Below are positions 9,521-17,000 of a stretch of 64,000 nt of DNA, one piece after another. The stretch's first letter is position 1; each line of letters begins with the position of its first letter. Origin of the DNA: SAR86 cluster bacterium (lineage in GTDB: Bacteria > Pseudomonadota > Gammaproteobacteria > Magnimaribacterales > AG-339-G14); assembly GCA_023703675.1 (NCBI GenBank), contig CP097974.1, positions 21,288-85,287 on the forward strand, in the 5' to 3' direction. The notes beneath the pieces are model-generated. The model did no database searches. It was given only the letters and a program-made list of their open reading frames with translations, and was not told the origin of the DNA. Both the position numbers and the translations under genes were made by a program.

Positions 9521-10464
9521 TAAAAGATTCCCAAAACTCTCTCGATTAACCAAAAACTGCCCATTCCTCCAATCGCATAAGAAGAAAGTTTAGTAACAGA
9601 AAAATTAAACTTTATTTTTTGGAGTAGCCAAATTGAAATTAAAAATAAAGGAATCATAATTAATTGGCCAATTTCGATTCCAACATTAAAAAATAATAAA
9701 GAGAGCAACAATTGCTCATTCGCGATTCCTATTTCACTTAGTGCGCCTGCAAATCCAAATCCATGCAGCAAGCCAAATCCAAAAGCCATGAGCCAAGGAG
9801 TGCTTTTATTATTTTTCTCATCCTTTATTTCCAAAGCTAGATAAATAATGGTTAGCGCAATTAATGCTTCAATTGTTGCCGACGGTAAACTCACTATTTC
9901 CAACACAGATAGCCCTAATGTAATGCTGTGGGCCAAGGTGAAAGCAGTGATCGTCTTTATTAAATTCTGCCAACCAAAAACAATAAACAACAAACCAAAA
10001 ACAAATAACAAATGATCCGGCCCGCCAATTAAATGTTCCACGCCAAGCATAAAATATCCCGTTGGAAAGACTTGTAACTCTTGTGGGATAGTCAACTTTG
10101 AATCTTTAACACTTACGAGTCCTTCATATCTGTCGCCGTCTAAAAATTTTATCGTTACTAAAGCGTCGTTCAGAATCGAAAGACCTTTGATAAAAATATC
10201 TTTTCCCTTGATGGAATCGCTGCATTGCAGAGAGATTTTTTCAGACAAGTATTTGCTTTCCTGAAAAGTCTCAAGAGAGTTGGATTGACAGTCTTTAGGT
10301 AGAGTTAGATTGACTGGCCCTAGATTTCTGATTGGGTACATCCAAGTGACTTCATATTCAAAGTCCTCATCTTCTTCGATAATGAGATGCGCTGGACTAA
10401 ATTCGTGTGAAAACACTGGAGAAACCAGCACAATACAGATCAAACCCAAGAGCACTTTATTCAT
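9520..10464 (-). CDS. HupE/UreJ family metal (Ni/Co-type) transporter-like membrane protein with N-terminal periplasmic domain
   Basis: Signal peptide, ~130-aa soluble domain, then a TM core with GGPDHLLFVFGLL and LLHGFGFAGAL motifs typical of HupE/UreJ. Confidence 0.8.
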   Translation of the reverse strand: MNKVLLGLICIVLVSPVFSHEFSPAHLIIEEDEDFEYEVTWMYPIRNLGPVNLTLPKDCQSNSLETFQESKYLSEKISLQCSDSIKGKDIFIKGLSILNDALVTIKFLDGDRYEGLVSVKDSKLTIPQELQVFPTGYFMLGVEHLIGGPDHLLFVFGLLFIVFGWQNLIKTITAFTLAHSITLGLSVLEIVSLPSATIEALIALTIIYLALEIKDEKNNKSTPWLMAFGFGLLHGFGFAGALSEIGIANEQLLLSLLFFNVGIEIGQLIMIPLFLISIWLLQKIKFNFSVTKLSSYAIGGMGSFWLIERVLGIF

Positions 10465-11266
10465 TGTAAGTTTCTTGCAAACCGCGACTAATCACTACTT
10501 CATAATTTTCTTTTAGCTCTTGAATGTATTCTGATAGAGCTGAATCTTTTTTTTGTAAATTAAGATCGACTATTACTCTGGGTTTAATCTCTTCAAGTTT
10601 TGGCAGGCGCGCATCTCTAATACTGATTATTTTGATTAAATGACTTCCATAGGTTGACTTTATTGGCTTTGACCAAACATTTTGTTCAATAGTTTCAAAA
10701 GTCATTGAAAAATCTTTACCGAAATCTTTCCTCAATTCAATTGCACTCTTATTGGTGAAATTTTTTCCAAGAAAAAAAACATCGCCCTTTAAGTTTTCTG
10801 TTGTTTTAATTTCATCAAAGGCAATCTTAGCTCGCTGAGCTCCGTCGTTATCCTTTGCAAAGAAGATGTGAGTAAAATCGTACTGCTTTGGAATTAAATA
10901 TTTTTCTTTATTTTGGACGTAAAAATCTTGAAGCTCCTCATCTGTTATTTTTTCCCCCCTAGATTCTTGCTTTAGAAACATTAGCTTTTGCGCAAGTCGT
11001 CGCTTGATGATTTGATCGTTGGCGTCAAGGCCTAATCTTAAGGCTTCGCGATAGAGAATCTCTTCTTCAATAAGGTTGTCTATGACAGCCTTCGCTTCCT
11101 TAGGATTGGGGTTTCTTCCGACTTGAAGCGCCCAGGAGTTCATCAGGCTATAGACCTCTTCTTCTGAAATAAAAATCAATTTCTCATCTTTTAAGGTGGA
11201 ATATATAAGATCCAAGCCCAAGATGACCGCTCCTATTAAAAGAAAAATAAAAATTTTTCGAAACAT
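10457..11266 (-). CDS. Membrane-anchored PpiC/SurA-like peptidyl-prolyl isomerase/chaperone family protein
   Basis: N-terminal TM anchor, SurA_N-like helical region (EEILYREALRLGL) and a parvulin-like C-terminal part (FTHIFF ... STYGSHLIKI). Overlaps the HupE start by 8 nt. Confidence 0.65.
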   Translation of the reverse strand: MFRKIFIFLLIGAVILGLDLIYSTLKDEKLIFISEEEVYSLMNSWALQVGRNPNPKEAKAVIDNLIEEEILYREALRLGLDANDQIIKRRLAQKLMFLKQESRGEKITDEELQDFYVQNKEKYLIPKQYDFTHIFFAKDNDGAQRAKIAFDEIKTTENLKGDVFFLGKNFTNKSAIELRKDFGKDFSMTFETIEQNVWSKPIKSTYGSHLIKIISIRDARLPKLEEIKPRVIVDLNLQKKDSALSEYIQELKENYEVVISRGLQETYNE

Positions 11267-11282
11267 TGCTCTTTAAAGATAA

Positions 11283-13328
11283 TTAAAGTCTTTCAGCATT
11301 TATCCTTATGGGCGGAGGATTTTCAGCATCGTTTGGAGTGTACCAAATTGGCGAGCTCCAAGCTCGATCTTGAATAGTTTCGTGTAGATCTTCTCTAGGT
11401 TTAAAGCCTGCTCGAATTGCATCCCAAGTAGACCAGCGACAAGTTGGGTTTTCAAGTACTCTGATGTAATAGAAAGCGCTATCTTTTTTATCAAAATCTG
11501 GATCTGTCCAAATTACTTTTAACTCAGCTGAACCAGTGTTTTGAGATATGGCGCATGTCTCAATGTCAACTCGGGCACCATTGTCTGGACAACGATTTGT
11601 CGTTGGATCAACTTGCAAACCATTGGAGCAGGCAACATCGTAAACTTCTTCCGTTGGAGTTGAGTCCGCTCGACTGATAGAACCTTTGATTATTTGAACC
11701 CTCTGAAGCGGGGCTCCATTCACATCTCTCTGAGCCCAAATTAAAAAACTTGGCGCTTTATCGGTTTCTTTTTCAAGTAAGTCTCCTCCCATTGGCACAC
11801 CAACTTCGTATGCAGATTTAATTACGTTTTCATCACTAAAACTAAGTTGATCAATGTCATAACCACCAAAGAACCTAACCGATATTCTTGGCCCAGAAGT
11901 TGCAAAGGTCTCTTTTCTTCGAAAAGCATTAAAAATTGATTCTCTAGTGTTTTCTTCTGCCCAAGCTCCGGCTAAACCAGAAGCTCCCCAGTTTTCTAAA
12001 CCACCAATCACATAGCTTCCTTGTTCAAATTCTTGAAAGGAAACGCCTCCTCGGTTGGGAACAAGATCTCTATCTTCGTCTGCAACTGGAATAGAACCTC
12101 TTGCTCGAGGATCAGCATCTACTAACCCGATTTTGGACCAGTAATTTTCTTCTCTTAAACCGGCGCCAATTACATGAGTGTCACTGGCTCCGATCAGACC
12201 AAATTTGTAGGGGTTACCAGTCCCAAACTGATTTGACATCAACCCTCTTACGTAGGCATCCCTGACATAACTTCCCCCCGGAAAACTAAACGCAGGAGGA
12301 ATGCTTCCAATTCTTTGGTTCATGATTTCGAAATCTGCCCATTCATCGTTGGGAGATAGAAGTGGATGAGTATCGGACGTTCCTTTGACCTGAGTCATTT
12401 CCACGATCGGCTCATTTCTCATCCTTAAAGCTGCATATTCTTTCGATAATGGCTCGCCATAAAAAGTTTCCATTTCAAACATTTGCCCATTGGAGCCATT
12501 ACTGTTGTGAGGGAAAGCAATGCTATCAATACCTTGCTCTCTGATTTTGTCCATCCAATTCCATAAGTCTTCTGGATTAATAGAATCAATCCTCGTGTAA
12601 GGTCTTTCTGGCGCGCTCGACGATTTAAACATGACGTTTCGATGTAAGTTTTCATTAGCAACATCAGTTGAAGTTGTAAATTCGTACCCTATGAAAGTCG
12701 TGAAATTTCCCGGATCGTAAGCATCGTTTGCAGCTTTTACCACATCTGCCCAAGCCGAAAGGTGCACGTCGTGATCGTAAATTTTCAGACCTCGGGCCAA
12801 ATTATTTGTCAAGATTGCACGCCAAAGCTCTGGATCAAAATAAGATCTTGGGTTTAGAAAAAAAGTTCTTAATGTTGATGCGAAAGTGTTAAGTCTCGTA
12901 GCACCATTTTCAATGGTCAGGTTTTCTGGCGCATTCATGTCGTGAAACACTTCAGCTCCGGGACTCTTAGAAGCATCTGTTGATGTATCGGCGTAGGCTT
13001 CCATCATCCCCATAAAAAATCCGTGATCCGAAACCATGTAAAAATCTAATGGCTCTACTAATTTCATATCAAAACCGGCTGGGTGTTTAACTGTTTCGCC
13101 TCGCGCGTATCCGTAAGCATCAGCGGGAGAACCGGTAGTACCGAATAAGTATGCGTCAAAAGAATGCTTGGTATGCACATGAGTGTCACCGAAGTAAGCG
13201 TTCCTCAATTCGTTGTAGTCAGCGTTAGGGTCTTTAACTTTGCTGATGGGCGTTTCGATAATGTTCAAAGACTCATCGGTGCAGCTGACAAGCACGAATA
13301 TCGAAAGGAACAGAATTATTTTTTTCAT
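11283..13328 (-). CDS. DUF3604 family lipoprotein (PHP-like metal-dependent hydrolase fold)
   Basis: Lipobox LVSC; candidate metal ligand motifs GDTHVHTKHSFDAY, VSDHG, FPHNSNGSNG, GASDTHV. At 681 aa, the length and motif order fit DUF3604. Confidence 0.75.
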   Translation of the reverse strand: MKKIILFLSIFVLVSCTDESLNIIETPISKVKDPNADYNELRNAYFGDTHVHTKHSFDAYLFGTTGSPADAYGYARGETVKHPAGFDMKLVEPLDFYMVSDHGFFMGMMEAYADTSTDASKSPGAEVFHDMNAPENLTIENGATRLNTFASTLRTFFLNPRSYFDPELWRAILTNNLARGLKIYDHDVHLSAWADVVKAANDAYDPGNFTTFIGYEFTTSTDVANENLHRNVMFKSSSAPERPYTRIDSINPEDLWNWMDKIREQGIDSIAFPHNSNGSNGQMFEMETFYGEPLSKEYAALRMRNEPIVEMTQVKGTSDTHPLLSPNDEWADFEIMNQRIGSIPPAFSFPGGSYVRDAYVRGLMSNQFGTGNPYKFGLIGASDTHVIGAGLREENYWSKIGLVDADPRARGSIPVADEDRDLVPNRGGVSFQEFEQGSYVIGGLENWGASGLAGAWAEENTRESIFNAFRRKETFATSGPRISVRFFGGYDIDQLSFSDENVIKSAYEVGVPMGGDLLEKETDKAPSFLIWAQRDVNGAPLQRVQIIKGSISRADSTPTEEVYDVACSNGLQVDPTTNRCPDNGARVDIETCAISQNTGSAELKVIWTDPDFDKKDSAFYYIRVLENPTCRWSTWDAIRAGFKPREDLHETIQDRAWSSPIWYTPNDAENPPPIRINAERL

Positions 13329-13379
13329 TTCAACTCCCCAAGTTATTTGGCATTTCTAAGATAAATACTCGCATAGGGG

Positions 13380-14387
13380 TTAACCGATATCAATTGAAAT
13401 TTTCCCAAAGTGTTTGTTGTCAATTTGATGCTGAAAAGCGGCCGCTAAGTCTGCTAATTCAAAGCTGTCACTAATTTCAGGTTTAATTTCATTTTTTTCT
13501 AAATAATCCACCATCGCTATTTGTGAATCTTGATTCGCCATTGCAATGCCACTGAGTCTGATTTGTTTCAAAAAAATTCTCGGTAAAATAATTTCGCTCA
13601 CCGAAGGGCCGCTTAAAACACCAATCAAAGCGATATGTCCCGCAAGTTTAGTGCAACGAACGGACTCACTAAAAGTCCCAGCGCCACCTACTTCCACTAC
13701 ATGGTCTACGCCTTCATTATTAGTAAGCTTTAAGACTTCTTTGCCCCACTCTGGATGAGTCTTGTAGTTGATCAAATGATCAGCTCCTAAGGCTTTTAAT
13801 TTTTCCAATTTTTCCTCACTGGACGAAGTAGCAATAACGGTTGCACCGTAAGTTTTTGCTAATTGCAAAGCGAAGACAGAGACTCCTCCTGTTCCTTGAA
13901 CTAAAACAGATTCACCCGCTTTTAATTTACCTTCGTCAACTAATGCTCTCCAAGCCGTCAGTCCGGCACAAGGCAGGGTAGCTGCTTCTTTAAGATTAAG
14001 ATTGTTTGGAATCTTAGTTAAGGCTGTTTCAGGTATAGCGATGTATTCGGTAGCATAACCGTCTTGGTTATCGCCAATAAAACTCAAAAGTTCATATTTA
14101 GGAGCTCCAGAAACCCAATTTGGAAAACACATACTCATAACTTGATCGCCAGATTTCCATTTAGTGACTTCATTACCAATTTCGACGATTTCTCCTGCAG
14201 CGTCTGAAAGCGGTACTCTTTTATCTTCGGTAGGAATTAAGCCTAAAGCCACCATAAGATCGTGATAATTCAAACTACTCGCAGATACTTTTAATAAAAC
14301 CTCATCAGAATTTAAACTGGGATTATCGGTTTCAATTATCTTTAAATTGTCTAAACCACCTGGCTTGCTAAGTTGAATTTGTTTCAT
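13380..14387 (-). CDS. Zinc-type alcohol dehydrogenase / MDR superfamily NAD(P)-dependent oxidoreductase
   Basis: GroES-like domain plus VLVQGTGGVSVFALQLAKTYGATVIATSS Rossmann motif; SD aaggagga upstream. Confidence 0.8.
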   Translation of the reverse strand: MKQIQLSKPGGLDNLKIIETDNPSLNSDEVLLKVSASSLNYHDLMVALGLIPTEDKRVPLSDAAGEIVEIGNEVTKWKSGDQVMSMCFPNWVSGAPKYELLSFIGDNQDGYATEYIAIPETALTKIPNNLNLKEAATLPCAGLTAWRALVDEGKLKAGESVLVQGTGGVSVFALQLAKTYGATVIATSSSEEKLEKLKALGADHLINYKTHPEWGKEVLKLTNNEGVDHVVEVGGAGTFSESVRCTKLAGHIALIGVLSGPSVSEIILPRIFLKQIRLSGIAMANQDSQIAMVDYLEKNEIKPEISDSFELADLAAAFQHQIDNKHFGKISIDIG

Positions 14388-14711
14388 TTTCCTCCTTAAA
14401 AATTAAGAAAATTATCTTATCAGCTAATTAAAAGAAAACAGATAACAAAAAAATGCATAAAAAAAGTCATTTTTAATAACTTTTTGTGAAATCTATATAA
14501 AATATGTGAAATCTGAGCAAAATTGTTAAAGTTTGACTCGCTTGAAATCCTATTCTGAGTATACTTTCAGCGTAGTAGAGCAACTTTGGTAATAAAAAGA
14601 GCAATTTTGATAACTTTTAGATCATTTGATGTTTTTTTAAGTCCGATTTGCTAAATTTTTGGTAATACTGAGTTGTTTTACAATTACGACGTTCAAAAAC
14701 GGAGTTGTTAA

Positions 14712-14813
14712 ATGAACTATACAAAAGCACTGTTAGGTACCTTAGGTTATGTCTTATGTTTATCTACTGTAGTGTATGTAGGTAGCTTAGGAATTTTAAC
14801 TTTCGCTTCCTGA
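14712..14813 (+). CDS. Candidate 33-aa hydrophobic small membrane peptide (MNYTKALLGTLGYVLCLSTVVYVGSLGILTFAS)
   Basis: Hand-translated. GGAG sits 7 nt upstream of ATG, there is a single predicted TM helix, and a strong intrinsic terminator lies 40 nt downstream. Below the ORF-track size cutoff. Confidence 0.4.
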   Translation: MNYTKALLGTLGYVLCLSTVVYVGSLGILTFAS

Positions 14814-14852
14814 CGTTAATGGAGTAACCAAAAGTTTCTTCTCCCCCCTAGT

Positions 14853-14883
14853 TGCCCTGGTTTACCAGGGCAGCTTTTTTTTT
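14853..14883 (+). terminator. Rho-independent terminator downstream of the 33-aa mini-ORF
   Basis: TGCCCTGG-ttta-CCAGGGCA followed by gc + T9. Confidence 0.75.
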
Positions 14884-14910
14884 ACCCTCAAAATCTGTTA
14901 AATTTATTTT

Positions 14911-15033
14911 GTGAAAGACAAAAAACAATGCGAGGTTTGCAAAAAAGATCTGCCTTTTTCTTTTTTTGACAAAGACCGTTTTGGCTTAATGGGGTTACAA
15001 AGAGTTTGTCGAATCTGTAATAAACGTAGTTAA
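14911..15033 (+). CDS. Possible 40-aa zinc-ribbon mini-protein (VKDKKQCEVCKKDLPFSFFDKDRFGLMGLQRVCRICNKRS)
   Basis: Hand-translated. Two CxxC pairs 22 residues apart, in an otherwise Cys-poor AT-rich context. However it has a GTG start and no recognisable SD, and its stop overlaps the selO stop. Confidence 0.25.
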   Translation: MKDKKQCEVCKKDLPFSFFDKDRFGLMGLQRVCRICNKRS

Positions 15034-16448
15034 GACGAGCACGAGATTTCTAAATTCTTTCCCCAGTCCGGAGATTCTTTTGCATAATCTTCTAATTCTT
15101 TATGTTCTGAAAATGGAGACTTAAGAATGCCTAGTAGTTTTTCTACTTCGGTAAAATCTCCTTCTTCGGCTTTCTTTATCGCATTTTGTGCAAGATAATT
15201 TCTTAGAATAAATTTTGGGTTTTTAGCTTTAATTATTTCGATGCATTGTTCCTGTGAAATTTTCTCTTTCGCAAATCTTGCCAAGTAATCCTCCTTCCAA
15301 CTGAATTCGGTTTTGCCGAAAACGTACTCATCGAAGTTCCTAAAAAAATTTGTGTAATCCAGCTTTTCTTCTTTAAGCCAATCAAGAATTTTTTCTATCA
15401 ATTCAAAATCTTTTTTTTCTTTTTTTAACAAACCAATTTTTTGTCTGAAAAGTAAAATAAAGTGATTGTAAAAATACATTTGATAGTTCTGTAAGGATTT
15501 TTTTAAAGCCTCTTCACTTATTATTGGAGTCAAAGCTGCAGCCAGAGCCTGACAATTCCATAGACCAATGTTGGGTTGATTGTTAAACGCGTAACGCCCT
15601 TGGTAATCAGAATGATTGCAGATGTAATCAGGTTGATAATTCTCCAAGAAACCAAATGGACCAAAATCAAAAGTTTCGCCGAGTATCGACATGTTGTCAG
15701 TATTCATCACGCCGTGCGCAAACCCCACACACTGCCAGTGAGCAATGAGTTCGGCTGTCTTTCGTACCACCGATTCAAAAAATAATTCATTCTTATTTTC
15801 CAGATCTATGTACTCAGGAAAATATTCTTCAATGACGTGATTGATTAATTCGGGCAAAAGTTCTTTTTTGTCGTTGTGGCATAAGAATTCGAAATTGCCA
15901 AAGCGGACGTGAGTTTTGGCGGTTCTGACAATCATTGCGCCAGGTTCAGTGGTTTCCCTAAAAACTGGTTCCTCGCCGGTAAAGATAAGCAGGGATCTAG
16001 ACGAGGGAATGTTCAATCCATGCATGGCTTCGCCGCAAAGATATTCTCGAATCGACGAACGAAGCACAGCTCTGCCGTCTCCAAATCTAGAGTAAGGTGT
16101 TTTGCCGGCTCCTTTTATATGTAAATCCTGAAGTCCTGACTTAGTTTTGATTTGACCAAATAAGATGCCTCGGCCATCGCCTAGCTCAGGCACCCAGTTA
16201 CCAAATTGATGGCCCGCATAAGCCATGGCTAAGGGCTCGGATTTAGAAATTTTTACTTCACCATTGAAGATTTGCACCAAATCATCGGGATCTATTTTTT
16301 CTAAGCCCAATTCGTTTGCAAGATCTTTATTAAAACTCACTAATTTTGCCTTGGGTAACGAGCTCCAATCCTGCTTGTTATAGAAATCTGCACTTAATCT
16401 TGCGAATGGATTGCTAAAGTCTAATTGGTCTAATTTATTTTTATTCAT
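15030..16448 (-). CDS. selO: Protein adenylyltransferase SelO (YdiU/UPF0061 pseudokinase-fold AMPylase)
   Basis: 472 aa. Carries AYAGHQFG, LGDGRGILFG, GAGKTPYSR, GDGRAVLRSSIREYLCGEAMHGLNIP and HGVMNTDNMS. Confidence 0.9.
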   Translation of the reverse strand: MNKNKLDQLDFSNPFARLSADFYNKQDWSSLPKAKLVSFNKDLANELGLEKIDPDDLVQIFNGEVKISKSEPLAMAYAGHQFGNWVPELGDGRGILFGQIKTKSGLQDLHIKGAGKTPYSRFGDGRAVLRSSIREYLCGEAMHGLNIPSSRSLLIFTGEEPVFRETTEPGAMIVRTAKTHVRFGNFEFLCHNDKKELLPELINHVIEEYFPEYIDLENKNELFFESVVRKTAELIAHWQCVGFAHGVMNTDNMSILGETFDFGPFGFLENYQPDYICNHSDYQGRYAFNNQPNIGLWNCQALAAALTPIISEEALKKSLQNYQMYFYNHFILLFRQKIGLLKKEKKDFELIEKILDWLKEEKLDYTNFFRNFDEYVFGKTEFSWKEDYLARFAKEKISQEQCIEIIKAKNPKFILRNYLAQNAIKKAEEGDFTEVEKLLGILKSPFSEHKELEDYAKESPDWGKNLEISCSS

Positions 16449-16451
16449 TTG

Positions 16452-16913
16452 CTAATTGCTTCTTCTCCAAATCCAAGGTTTTACAGGATTTTGGCTCCTC
16501 CACAAACCTAATTTTTTCAAACGCGCACCGTTTTGAAAACTATAAATTGTTTTGTCGACGACGTATCGATCGTAAACCCATGCGCATCCTCGCTTTACCA
16601 TTTCATAATTTAAATTAATTTGATCGGCCATTAACCATCCCAAAGAGCGACCATAGCCATCTTGGCCATCAGACTTAAATTTTAAACCAGAGTTTTCACG
16701 AATCAATTCAGAAAGACATTTTTTTGAATTCGTTCCAAAAGGCTGACCCATTTCAGGTGCATCGATTTCAGAGAGTCTAATTTTTATTTGAGTTCCTCCT
16801 GATTCAGCCGATACTGTATCTCCATCGATAACTCTTAAAATTTTTATTTCGACTTCTGCAGATAGCAGCAGCGTAGAAAAAAAAATGGGAAAAATAATTA
16901 AAAATTTGTTCAC
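16452..16913 (-). CDS. Secreted thermonuclease (staphylococcal nuclease, SNase-like) family protein
   Basis: Signal peptide, VIDGDTV ... IRLSEIDAPEMGQPFG ... GRSLGW ... NYEMVKRGCAWVY. The selO start lies 3 nt downstream. Confidence 0.8.
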   Translation of the reverse strand: MNKFLIIFPIFFSTLLLSAEVEIKILRVIDGDTVSAESGGTQIKIRLSEIDAPEMGQPFGTNSKKCLSELIRENSGLKFKSDGQDGYGRSLGWLMADQINLNYEMVKRGCAWVYDRYVVDKTIYSFQNGARLKKLGLWRSQNPVKPWIWRRSN

Positions 16914-16955
16914 AAAATCTTCGAATAATTGTCGTTTTATTTTTCTTATTTTAGT

Positions 16956-16970
16956 GGATAATAATTATCC
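16956..16970. promoter_or_regulatory. Perfect 7-1-7 palindrome GGATAAT-A-ATTATCC (Fur-box-like) in a divergent promoter region
   Basis: Read directly. The core GATAAT-N-ATTATC equals the Fur 7-1-7 consensus tGATAATnATTATCa. It lies 31 nt upstream of the first paralog ATG and 43 nt upstream of the SNase ATG. Confidence 0.5.
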
Positions 16971-17000
16971 GTTTTTAATTTTTTCAAGGAGAGAACAAAA

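Noticed and set aside
11306-12664. Same-strand out-of-frame ORFs (11306-11494, 12425-12664) inside the DUF3604 gene
   Set aside because: They are nested in a continuous 681-aa ORF with family-typical motifs, and there is no sign of a frameshift or pseudogenisation.
14485-14514. The TGTGA words as CRP half-sites
   Set aside because: No TCACA partner lies at the required 6-nt spacing. The two copies are direct rather than inverted repeats, so they are reported only as phased direct repeats.
14388-15030. A long intergenic region that might hide a tRNA, rRNA fragment or known ncRNA
   Set aside because: I recognised no T-loop (GGTTCGAATCC-like), no cloverleaf-compatible stems and no conserved ncRNA cores. 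Only the mini-ORFs, repeats and terminator could be supported.
16953-16973. The palindrome arms resemble DnaA boxes (aGTGGATAA and TTATCCgtt versus TGTGGATAA/TTATCCACA)
   Set aside because: There are only two imperfect boxes, with no AT-rich unwinding element cluster and no dnaA/dnaN/gidA context. The match to the Fur 7-1-7 core is exact, whereas the DnaA matches are 8/9 and 7/9.
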